Under the pieces are notes generated by a model, which worked only from the letters and a program-made list of their open reading frames with translations, was not told the DNA's origin and made no database searches. A stretch of DNA of 26,517 nucleotides. Source: Clostridiales bacterium (GTDB lineage Bacteria; Bacillota; Clostridia; Christensenellales; Aristaeellaceae). Shown one piece after another: positions 1-7,817 of this stretch; the first letter of the stretch is position 1, and each line of letters starts with the position of its first letter. The stretch is from assembly GCA_004556155.1 (NCBI GenBank), contig SFIM01000038.1:1-26517 (forward strand), read 5' to 3'. Position numbers and translations under genes: made by a program.

Positions 1-135
1 CTACTGCCTTACGGCAAGCGCGGGTTTCGGGCGGCAATTTACAAAATTGCGCGCCCTCAGCCGCCTGCGGCGGCGCTATGGCTCCAAGAAAGTACCGTAA
101 CCTTCTCGTCTCCTTCGTCTCCCTCGTCCCCTCCG
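1..135. repeat. Partial or interrupted copy of the modular palindromic intergenic repeat (half terminal hairpin plus C-rich outer arm), preceded by other small hairpins
   Basis: 81-103 GCTCCAAGAAAGTACCGTAACC is the right half of the hairpin GGTACTTTCTTGGAGCCCAAGAAAGTACC seen intact at 6578 and 9857. The C-rich tract at 104-135 mirrors the G-rich tracts at 9830, 11781 and 14921. On the minus strand the element starts directly after the araC-type stop codon (136-138). Confidence 0.7.
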
Positions 136-942
136 TCATACCCTCCGGCCCGGGTCGGCGGCTTCCTGGCGGCCGCGGCGATACTCCGTCGGCGTCAGGC
201 CGCAGTCCCGGCGAAAAGCCGTGCAAAAGTGCGCCGCGTTGGCATAGCCGCAGGAGAGGGCGATCTGCGTCAGCGTCAGGGCCGAATTGCTCAGCATGCC
301 CCGCGCCATGGACGCGCGCGCGTGCGCAATGACCGCGTTGGGCGATTGCCCCGCCGCCTCCTTGCAGGCGCGGAACAGCTGCGAGCGGCTCAGCCCCACA
401 AAGTCCGCCACCTGCTCCACCGTCACGCCGTTTTCCAGGTGCGCGCGGATGTACCACATCGCCTTTTCGTAGTACGTCACCGCCGCGCTTACCGGCCGCG
501 CGTCCGCCGGGCTGATCAGCGCGATAAACCGCAGCACGCCGCCCGCCGCTGCCAGCGCGCCCGCCGCGCTGTTGCTAAGCCCCGCAATGTCGCGGTATAT
601 CTGGCGGATGCACGCCGTCACCGCCGCGCCCGACCGCGTGGTAAAGTACGGCGCGGCCTCGGTGATACCCGTCGCGGCAATCAGCGCCGCCGCCTCCTCG
701 CCGCGAAAGCCCAGCCATACATAGTGCCACGGATGCTCCGCGTCCGCCGTATAGGTGGTTACCTGACCGGGATAAATCAAAAATCCCTGCCCGGCGTGCA
801 GCGCGTGCCGCCGCCCGCCCGCAAAGAAAACCCCGCTGCCGCTGATAATATAATGAAACAAGTACCCCTTGCGCACCGCCGGGCCGTAGCTGTGTCCAGG
901 CGCGCAGCGCTCCTCGCCGCAGTTGATGACGGTCAGATCCAT
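136..942 (-). CDS. AraC/XylS-family transcriptional regulator (cupin sugar-binding N-terminus, two HTH motifs at the C-terminus)
   Basis: Start trimmed to MDLTVINCGEE (ATG at 942-940) because GAAGGAG lies 8 nt upstream. The C-terminal sequence LSRSQLFRACKE...TLTQIALSCGYANAAHFCTAFRRDCGLTPTEYRR is a typical AraC HTH. The gene is divergent from melA. Confidence 0.85.
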   Translation of the reverse strand: MDLTVINCGEERCAPGHSYGPAVRKGYLFHYIISGSGVFFAGGRRHALHAGQGFLIYPGQVTTYTADAEHPWHYVWLGFRGEEAAALIAATGITEAAPYFTTRSGAAVTACIRQIYRDIAGLSNSAAGALAAAGGVLRFIALISPADARPVSAAVTYYEKAMWYIRAHLENGVTVEQVADFVGLSRSQLFRACKEAAGQSPNAVIAHARASMARGMLSNSALTLTQIALSCGYANAAHFCTAFRRDCGLTPTEYRRGRQEAADPGRRV

Positions 943-997
943 AAATGCCGCTCCTTCACGATGCAATATAGAGATAATAATCTGCAACGCGCAGATA

Positions 998-1026
998 TTG
1001 CGATTCCCCATTTATTTTACTATACT
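998..1026 (+). promoter_or_regulatory. Candidate sigma-A promoter of melA
   Basis: -35 TTGCGA (998-1003), 17-nt spacer, -10 TATACT (1021-1026). RBS GGAGGA at 1059-1064. Confidence 0.45.
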
Positions 1027-1070
1027 ATGCTTGATGTTGCAACCGATACTACGCATCATGGAGGAAATAT

Positions 1071-2381
1071 ATGCCTAAGATTACATTCATGGGCGCCGGC
1101 TCCAGCGTGTTTGCCAAGAACGTGCTAGGCGACTGCATGACGTCCCCGATCATGGAAAACAGCGAGATTGCCCTCTACGATATCGACGCGGACCGCATGG
1201 ACGACAGCAAGCGCATGCTGGACGCCATCAACAGGAACCTGGGCAACAAGGCCACCATCAAGACCTACCTGGGCGTGGAAAACCGCAAGGAGGCCCTGCG
1301 CGGTGCCAATTACGTGGTCAACGCCATTCAGGTGGGCCTGTACCGCCCCTGCACGGTGACGGACTTTGAAGTGCCCAAGAAGTACGGCCTGCGCCAGACC
1401 ATCGCCGACACCCTGGGCATCGGCGGCATCTTCCGCGCCCTGCGCACCATCCCCGTGATGCAGGACTTTGCCGACGATATGGCCGAGGTGTGCCCCAACG
1501 CCTGGTTCCTCAACTACACCAACCCCATGGCTATGCTGACCGGCTATATGCAGCGCTACACCCCCATCAAGACGGTGGGTCTGTGCCACAGCGTGCAGGT
1601 GTGCGCCAGCCACCTGCTCAAGGGGCTGGATATGCCCTATGACGATACCTATCAGTGGAAGATCGCCGGCATCAACCATCAGGCCTGGCTGCTGGAGATC
1701 CGCGATCCGCAGGGCAACGATCTGTATCCCGAAATCAAGCGCCGCGCGGCCGCGCGCACCGAGAAGCATGACGATATGGTGCGCTATGAGCTGATGAAGC
1801 GCTTTGGCTACTATGTGACCGAATCCAGCGAGCATAATGCTGAATACACGCCGTATTTTATCAAGGACAAGTATCCGGAGCTGATCGAGCGCTTCAACAT
1901 CCCGCTGGATGAGTATCCGCGCCGCTGCATCAAGCATGAGGAAAATTGGGCCACCCTGCGCGTGGAGCTGACCCAGAATGACAAGCTGACCCACGAGCGC
2001 AGCAAGGAATACGCCTGCCACATCATGGAGGCCATGGAAACCAACCAGCCCTACAAGATCGGCGGCAACGTGATCAACACGGGCCTGATCACCAACCTGC
2101 CGCAGAACGCCTGCGTCGAGGTGCCCTGCATTGTGGACAAGAGCGGCGTGACCCCGACCTTTGTGGGCGATCTGCCGGAGCAGTGCGCGGCGCTGAACCG
2201 CACCAACATCAACGTGCAGCTGCTGACTATTGAGGCGGCCAAGACCCTGAAGAAGGATTACATTTATCAGGCCGCACTGATGGATCCGCATCTGCAGAGC
2301 GAGCTGTCCATCGACGACATCGTTTCCCTGTGCGACGACATGATCGAGGCTCACAAGGGCTGGCTGCCGGAGTACAAGTAA
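1071..2381 (+). CDS. melA: Alpha-galactosidase, glycoside hydrolase family 4 (NAD/Mn-dependent)
   Basis: N-terminal KITFMGAGSSVFAKNVLGD Rossmann motif and GLCHSVQ catalytic-region motif. As far as I recall the Bacillus subtilis MelA sequence, the protein is colinear with it through to the shared C-terminus WLPEYK. Confidence 0.9.
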   Translation: MPKITFMGAGSSVFAKNVLGDCMTSPIMENSEIALYDIDADRMDDSKRMLDAINRNLGNKATIKTYLGVENRKEALRGANYVVNAIQVGLYRPCTVTDFEVPKKYGLRQTIADTLGIGGIFRALRTIPVMQDFADDMAEVCPNAWFLNYTNPMAMLTGYMQRYTPIKTVGLCHSVQVCASHLLKGLDMPYDDTYQWKIAGINHQAWLLEIRDPQGNDLYPEIKRRAAARTEKHDDMVRYELMKRFGYYVTESSEHNAEYTPYFIKDKYPELIERFNIPLDEYPRRCIKHEENWATLRVELTQNDKLTHERSKEYACHIMEAMETNQPYKIGGNVINTGLITNLPQNACVEVPCIVDKSGVTPTFVGDLPEQCAALNRTNINVQLLTIEAAKTLKKDYIYQAALMDPHLQSELSIDDIVSLCDDMIEAHKGWLPEYK

Positions 2382-3010
2382 GGGGAGTACGGGGGAACGG
2401 TGGGAACGTTACTTTCTTCAGGGAAGAAAGTAACAAAGAACCTGCGTGTGACGTAAAAGTCAATTGAATTAAGCTGGGAGTGGCCCTGGCCACCTGGCCA
2501 CCCGCCCCCGTGGCAGGGAAAAACTCAAATCGCTCGGTTCGGAGTAAACTCCAACCGGGCGATTCTTCATTTTTCCCCTTCGGTCGTGCTGCGCACGCCC
2601 TGCGCTGATCTGCGATCAGCGTGCCACGGGGGGTGTAGTTGGGTGTGGCGAACAAGCGCAGCGTCTAATGATAGTTGGACAGAATGGCCACCAAAAGGCT
2701 TCTCCTTGAGGAGAGGCTCCGCCGTAGGCGGTGGTGAGGTGTAGGCTACGAAGTAACCGTTGGCAAAGTATTTATAAAGGATAACGCGGCGGCGGCTACA
2801 CCTCATCAGTCAGCTCTCGCTGACAGCTTCTCCTCAAGGAGAAGCCCAGGCTGTCGAAAAAACTTTTTCGACAGCCTGCCGATGCAAGTCAGCTAAAGCA
2901 GACTTGTATCGGGAACGTCATTTTCTTGTGAGCCTGCGGCTCACGGCCAGAAAATGACAAAGGAAGCAGCCTGACGGCTGCTCCTCGCACCGCGCATGTC
3001 GCTGCTCTGC
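2382..3010. repeat. Composite repeat locus: left half of the modular palindrome, inverted central module (2697-2846) and hairpin-train module (2848-3006)
   Basis: G-rich tract at 2382-2407. Terminal hairpin GTTACTTTCTTCAGGGAAGAAAGTAAC at 2408-2434. The arm matches 9886-10075. 2697-2846 is the reverse complement of 10159-10310. 2848-3006 matches 18076-18234 with 4 mismatches. Confidence 0.85.
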
Positions 3011-3050
3011 CGTGCCCTCCCCTGATATTCATTTCACGCTTCACGAAACT

Positions 3051-3110
3051 ATTGTTTCACGTGAAACATTGTGGTAAAGTATAGATACGAAATTGTTTCA
3101 CGTGAAACAT
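3051..3110 (+). promoter_or_regulatory. addA promoter flanked by two identical 16-bp perfect palindromes (candidate operator pair)
   Basis: TGTTTCACGTGAAACA occurs at 3053-3068 and 3094-3109 (19-nt direct repeat ATTGTTTCACGTGAAACAT), with centres 41 bp apart. Candidate -35 TTGTTT (3052-3057), 17-nt spacer, extended -10 TGgTAAAGT (3072-3080). Confidence 0.55.
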
Positions 3111-3125
3111 CAAGGGGGGATCATC

Positions 3126-6100
3126 ATGCCGCAATGGACGCAGGCGCAGCGGGAGGCCATCGACGCGCGCAACAGCGAGCTGCTGGTCAGCGCAGCGGCA
3201 GGCAGCGGCAAGACGGCCGTGCTGGTGGAGCATGTGCTGCAATTGCTGCGCGAGGGCGGGCAGATCAACCGCCTGCTGATTATCACCTTCACCCGTGCTG
3301 CGGCGGCGGAGCTGCGCGAACGCCTGATCGCCGCGCTGGATGCGGAGGCGGCGGGCAACGCGCATCTGCGCCGGCAAATGCTGCTGGCGCGCCGCGCGCA
3401 GATCAGCACGCTGCATGTGTTTTGCCATCGCGTCATTCGCCAGCATTTTCAGGCGGCGGATGTCGATCCCATGGCCAAGGTGGGCGAGAATACCGCGCTG
3501 GAGCCGCTTTTGCAGCGTGCGCTGGATGAAAGCGTGGAGGAGCTGTGCCAGTCCGATTTCCCCGACGCGCAGGCGCTGACCAGCCAGTACCAGGATGCGC
3601 AGATCGTCGAAATGGCGCGTCAGCTATACACCTTCCTGCGCGCGCAGGCCGATCCGGAAGCGTGGCTGAGCCAGCACATGGCCGATCCCGCCGGGGCCGG
3701 GCTTGCGCCCTTCCTGCTGATCCTGCGCAAGGAAGCGCTGCTGTGCCTGGAGGGCGCGGAGCAGCTGAACGATCAATGCCTGCGCCTGCTGGAGCTGCCC
3801 GGCGCGCCCGTGCATCTGCTTCCCACCGCGCAGGCCGATCAGGCGCTGCTGGCCGCTTTGCGCGATGCGCTGCGGCAGGATACCCTGCCTGCGGGCGAAT
3901 TGCGCTTTGCCGTCAAGGCACGCGCGCCCAAGAACGCGGATTTTGACCCCGCGCTGGCCGATCGCTTTACCTCCCTGCGTGACCGCATGAAGGAGCTGGC
4001 CAAGCAGGCGCGCGCCATGGTGCCCGCCGATATCGATCAGGCACGCGCCGAGGTGGCCGCCACCCTGCCCGCTCTGCGCGCGCTGATCGGCCTGGTGCAG
4101 GCCATGGATGCGCGCTATGCGCAGTACAAGCAGGAGAAAAACCTGCTGGATTATGGCGATTTGGAGCATTTGGCCCTCAAGGCGCTGGATGACGCGCAGG
4201 TGCGGCAGAGCGTGGCCGAGGGCTACGATGCGATCTTTGTCGATGAGTATCAGGATGTGTCGGCCATCGAGGAGGCCATCGTCCGCCGCGTGCACAATGA
4301 AAACAACCGTCTGTTCATGGTGGGTGACGTCAAGCAGTCCATTTATCGCTTCCGGCTGGCCGATCCCACGCTGTTTTTGAGCAAATATGAGCAGTTTGGC
4401 AGCGAAAAGAAGGCCGTTTCGCGCCGCATCCTGCTGAGCCGCAATTTCCGTTCGCGCGGCAATATCCTGGCTGCCGTCAACTGCGTGTTTGCCCGCGCCA
4501 TGCGCCGCGGCGCTACCGAGATTGCCTATGACGACGACGCGGCCCTGCACGCGGGGCTGGAAAGCACGGGCGACCCTGCCGTGCAGCTGCATATCATCAA
4601 CGACGATACCCAGGAGCCCGCGCCGGACGCGCAGGAGGAGGGCGACGATGCGGGCGAGGCGCGCAAGGGCTGGATGTACGAGGCGCAGCTGGCCGCGCGG
4701 CTGATCCGCGAGCAGGTGGGCCATCCCATCCGGGATAAGAACGGCGAGCGCGCCCTGCGCTATCGGGATTGCGTGATCCTGCTGCGCTCCGCCAGCGGCC
4801 GCGCGCCGCTGATTGCCAAGATTCTGGCCAGCGAGGGCGTGCCTGCCTACAGCGACGCCGACGCGCAGTATTTTGACCTGCCCGAGGTGCGGGATGTGAT
4901 GAACGTGCTGCGCGTGCTGGACAACCCCTATCAGGATGTGCCGCTGCTCAGCGCCCTGCGCTGCCCGTGCTTTGGCTTCACCAGCGCGCGGCTGGCCGAG
5001 ATCCGCCTGCGCGATGATACGCGGCAAAAGCCCTTCTATCAGGTGTTTTTCGCCCTGCGGGAGCAGGAGGAGGATGTGCGCGCAGCCTGCGAACGGCTGG
5101 ATACATGGCGCTTCTGGGCGCAGCATCTGCCCACCGACCGGCTGCTGTGGCGCATCCTGTCGCAGTCCGGGCTATACGCCCTGGCCGGGGCGCAGCGGGA
5201 TGGCGCGGCGCGGCAGGCCAATCTGCGCCTGCTGTGCGAGCGCGCGCAGGCAGACGGCGCGCGGGCTTCGCTGCATGATTTTCTGTCCGTCAGCGATCTG
5301 GCCAACCGCACGGGCGATGCGGGCGCGGCGCGCGAATTGGGCGAAAACGACGATGTGGTGCGCATCATGACGCTGCACAAATCCAAGGGGCTGGAGTTTC
5401 CGCTGGTCATCCTGATGGAGCTGGCGCGCAATTTCCGCATGCCCTCGGACGGGGAGCTGCTGCGCACCGACGCGCAGGCTGGCCTGGCCCTCAAGCGCGT
5501 GGACGCCGAGCGCCGCGTGACCGGGCACACGGTGGCTGGGCGGGCGCTGGCCTGCAAGCAGGCGCGGCAGATCAAGGCGGAGGAAGCGCGGCTGCTGTAC
5601 GTGGGCATGACCCGCGCGCGGGAGCGGCTGATCCTGCTGTCCTCGCCGCGCAGCATGCAGGGCGTGGCCGAGATGCGCGATATGCCCGAGGGCGATTACG
5701 CGGCGGGCTGCGCGCGCTGCATGCTGGATTGGGTGGTGCAGGCTGTGGGCGAGGGGCTGCGGACGGGGCGCGACACGCTGTTCACGGCGGCCAATGGCAG
5801 CCTGTGGGATCTGCGCTATCATGGCAGCGCGGAGTTCAGTCAGCGCTTACCGCAAGAGGAAAAATTTTTCATTCCGGATTTGTCCGAGCCGCCTTCTGCC
5901 GATTTCTGCGCGCAGATGGCGCGTCCGCCGCGGCAATCGCAGCTGCAAAAGACCAGCGTGACGGCACTTCTGCGCGGCGCGGTCTGGACGGAGGATACCG
6001 AGGAAACGCCCGAAAGCAAGCGAAAAGCGCTGCATTTGGATACGATGCCGCCTGAACTTCCGCCGTTTTTGGCTGGAACGCAGCTATCGGCGGCCGATCG

Positions 6101-6569
6101 CGGCACGGCGGCGCACAAGGCGCTGGGAGCGCTTGATTTGTCCCTGCTGCGCGGCGCGGAGGCTTTGCCGGCAGCAGTGAACGCGCAGCTTGCTGCGCTG
6201 TCGCGTCGCGGCGTGCTGACGGCGGAGGAGCTGGCGGCCATCGATCCCGGCGACATCCTGGCCTTTTTGCGCAGCGATATGGGCGCGCGGATGCTGGCCA
6301 GCCCGCGCGTGCAGCGCGAGTGGGGTTTCTGCCTGCGGGATGGCGATCTGCTGGTGCAGGGCGTGATCGATCTATGCTTCCTCGAAAACGGCGCGTGGGT
6401 GCTGGTGGATTACAAGACCGACCGCTGCCCCGCCGAGGAGCTGCCTGCGATGTACGGCGATCAGCTGCGCTGGTACGCCCGCGCCCTGCGCGAGATCACC
6501 GGCCTGCCGGTGCGGTTTGGCGGGCTGTACAGCCTGCGCCGCCGGACGCTTGTGCCGGTGGAGGTATAA
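3126..6569 (+). CDS. addA: ATP-dependent helicase/nuclease subunit A (AddA/RexA type: UvrD-like SF1 helicase plus C-terminal PD-(D/E)XK nuclease)
   Basis: Start set at MPQWTQAQ (ATG 3126) behind AAGGGGGGA. Walker A AAAGSGKTAVL, DEYQD Walker B, VGDVKQSIYRFR, TLHKSKGLEF and VGMTRAR helicase motifs. C-terminal GVIDLCF...VLVDYKTD RecB-type nuclease motif. Confidence 0.88.
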   Translation: MPQWTQAQREAIDARNSELLVSAAAGSGKTAVLVEHVLQLLREGGQINRLLIITFTRAAAAELRERLIAALDAEAAGNAHLRRQMLLARRAQISTLHVFCHRVIRQHFQAADVDPMAKVGENTALEPLLQRALDESVEELCQSDFPDAQALTSQYQDAQIVEMARQLYTFLRAQADPEAWLSQHMADPAGAGLAPFLLILRKEALLCLEGAEQLNDQCLRLLELPGAPVHLLPTAQADQALLAALRDALRQDTLPAGELRFAVKARAPKNADFDPALADRFTSLRDRMKELAKQARAMVPADIDQARAEVAATLPALRALIGLVQAMDARYAQYKQEKNLLDYGDLEHLALKALDDAQVRQSVAEGYDAIFVDEYQDVSAIEEAIVRRVHNENNRLFMVGDVKQSIYRFRLADPTLFLSKYEQFGSEKKAVSRRILLSRNFRSRGNILAAVNCVFARAMRRGATEIAYDDDAALHAGLESTGDPAVQLHIINDDTQEPAPDAQEEGDDAGEARKGWMYEAQLAARLIREQVGHPIRDKNGERALRYRDCVILLRSASGRAPLIAKILASEGVPAYSDADAQYFDLPEVRDVMNVLRVLDNPYQDVPLLSALRCPCFGFTSARLAEIRLRDDTRQKPFYQVFFALREQEEDVRAACERLDTWRFWAQHLPTDRLLWRILSQSGLYALAGAQRDGAARQANLRLLCERAQADGARASLHDFLSVSDLANRTGDAGAARELGENDDVVRIMTLHKSKGLEFPLVILMELARNFRMPSDGELLRTDAQAGLALKRVDAERRVTGHTVAGRALACKQARQIKAEEARLLYVGMTRARERLILLSSPRSMQGVAEMRDMPEGDYAAGCARCMLDWVVQAVGEGLRTGRDTLFTAANGSLWDLRYHGSAEFSQRLPQEEKFFIPDLSEPPSADFCAQMARPPRQSQLQKTSVTALLRGAVWTEDTEETPESKRKALHLDTMPPELPPFLAGTQLSAADRGTAAHKALGALDLSLLRGAEALPAAVNAQLAALSRRGVLTAEELAAIDPGDILAFLRSDMGARMLASPRVQREWGFCLRDGDLLVQGVIDLCFLENGAWVLVDYKTDRCPAEELPAMYGDQLRWYARALREITGLPVRFGGLYSLRRRTLVPVEV

Positions 6570-6923
6570 GGGGTTACGGTACTTTCTTGGAGCCCAAGAA
6601 AGTACCAAAGAAGGCTGCGTTGTAGACGAAAAAGTCAAATTAATAAAACTGGGAGTGGCCCTTGCCACCTGCCGCCCCGCCCCGTGGCACGCCGATGCAA
6701 TCGGCGCGGGCTAGCGAAGCCAGACCATAGGGGAAATATTCAAGGGAACGGATGGCGCTTGCGCCGATCCGGGCACGCAGAATTTTCCCTGCCACGGGGG
6801 GCGGGTGGCCAGGGCCACTCCCAGTTTTATTCAAGCAGCTTTCACGTCACACACAGATTCTTTGTTACTTTCTTCCCTGAAGAAAGTAACGTTTCCCTCG
6901 TTCCTTCGTCCCCCTATCTCCCG
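6570..6923. repeat. Complete minimal copy of the modular palindromic repeat (about 354 bp imperfect hairpin)
   Basis: Starts at the base after the addA stop (6567-6569). Terminal hairpins at 6578-6606 and 6864-6890. The arms ...AAAACTGGGAGTGGCCCTTGCCACC... and ...GGTGGCCAGGGCCACTCCCAGTTTT... are inverted repeats. C-rich tract at 6891-6923. Confidence 0.85.
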
Positions 6924-6931
6924 AAAAAGGC

Positions 6932-6960
6932 TTGACATTTCGCGCCAAATTGCGTACCAT
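6932..6960 (+). promoter_or_regulatory. Candidate sigma-A promoter of nagB
   Basis: -35 TTGACA (6932-6937), 17-nt spacer, -10 TACCAT (6955-6960), immediately after the repeat ends. Confidence 0.5.
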
Positions 6961-7010
6961 GAAAGCGGTCATAATTTGCTGCGCGGCAGCATATCATAGA
7001 GGTGTTAAGC

Positions 7011-7730
7011 ATGAAAATTATCCGGGATACCCAGCGCAACTGTGCGCGCATGGCGGCGGAGGAATACCGCAAGCTGCTGGGTGAAAATCCGCACTGCGTC
7101 CTTGGCCTGGCCACGGGCTCCACGCCCGAAATGCTCTATGAAGAGTTGGTTGCCCTGTGCAAGGCGGGCAAGCTCTCCTTCAAGGATGTAACCACCTATA
7201 ACCTGGACGAGTATGTGGGCCTGGATGGCTCCCATCCCCAGAGCTACCGCTACTTCATGGACAGCCACCTGTTCAACCTGGTGGATATTGACAAGACCCG
7301 CACGCACGTGCCCTGCGGCGTTGGCGTGACGGACGAGATGGCGGCGCACTACGACGATGAAATCAAGCAGGCCGGCGGCGTGGATCTGCAGCTGCTGGGC
7401 ATCGGCCCCAACGGCCATATCGGCTTTAACGAGCCCGGCACGCCCTGGGACGCAGTTACGCACATCGTGCCCCTGACCGACGCGACCCGCCAGGCCAATA
7501 AGCGCTTCTTCAATTCCATTGACGAGGTGCCCGAAAAGGCTGTGTCCATGGGCATCAAGACCGTGATGCAGTCCCGCAGGATCATCCTGATGGCCTTTGG
7601 CAAGAACAAGGCCCAGGCCGTCAAGGGCATGATCGAGGGCCGCATTGATAACAGCGTGCCCGCCTCCATCCTGCAGCTGCATCCCGACTGCACCGTCTAT
7701 ATTGACGATGACGCCGCGTCCATGCTATAA
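7011..7730 (+). CDS. nagB: Glucosamine-6-phosphate deaminase
   Basis: Start at MKIIRD (ATG 7011) with AGAGG 8 nt upstream. Contains LGLATGSTP, YNLDEYVG and LLGIGPNGHIGFNEPG, which are typical NagB motifs. Confidence 0.9.
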   Translation: MKIIRDTQRNCARMAAEEYRKLLGENPHCVLGLATGSTPEMLYEELVALCKAGKLSFKDVTTYNLDEYVGLDGSHPQSYRYFMDSHLFNLVDIDKTRTHVPCGVGVTDEMAAHYDDEIKQAGGVDLQLLGIGPNGHIGFNEPGTPWDAVTHIVPLTDATRQANKRFFNSIDEVPEKAVSMGIKTVMQSRRIILMAFGKNKAQAVKGMIEGRIDNSVPASILQLHPDCTVYIDDDAASML

Positions 7731-7749
7731 TACAACCGCAAAAAGCCTT

Positions 7750-7788
7750 GCCGCTAAAAGAACAAAAGCCTTTTAGCGGCCATTTTTT
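7750..7788 (+). terminator. Intrinsic terminator or attenuator between nagB and glmM
   Basis: Stem GCCGCTAAAAG (7750-7760) pairs with CTTTTAGCGGC (7770-7780), followed by a TTTTTT tract (7783-7788). Confidence 0.7.
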
Positions 7789-7817
7789 ACTTTTGTGTGA
7801 TGAAAAAGGAGGACAGA

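Noticed and set aside
3053-3109. Known operators for the TGTTTCACGTGAAACA palindromes (CcpA cre, Rex, LexA Cheo box, CRP/FNR)
   Set aside because: - cre is a 14-mer (TGWNANCGNTNWCA), whereas this is TG-N5-CG-N5-CA.
- Rex is TTGTGAA-N4-TTCACAA, with half-sites in the opposite arrangement.
- The Cheo box is GAAC-N4-GTTC.
- CRP/FNR sites are TGTGA-N6-TCACA.
None of these fits.
3624-5126. 500-aa minus-strand ORF inside addA (similar cases: 229-1128, 1125-2354, 7005-7682, 7905-8507, 18334-19878, 19676-20935, 23250-24164, 25372-26037)
   Set aside because: All lie opposite or out of frame to genes with clear family motifs. They have skewed Arg/Ala/Gly/His composition and lack RBSs.
6567-6606. Integron attC sites (imperfect palindromes directly after cassette stop codons)
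   Set aside because: The position after stop codons is reminiscent of attC. However, the flanked genes are core housekeeping genes with their own promoters, and no intI is present. The elements (0.2-0.8 kb) are far larger than attC, and the RYYYAAC/GTTRRRY cores are not matched.
6372-6999. Small ORFs inside the repeats that share peptides such as ARATPS.I..TFTSH..SLLLSSLKKVT (2227-2655, 6372-6668, 6805-6999, 10511-10819, 11766-12059, 14522-15172)
   Set aside because: The shared peptide simply reflects repeated DNA read in one frame. It appears on both strands depending on element orientation. There are no RBSs, and the frames differ in start and stop positions between copies.
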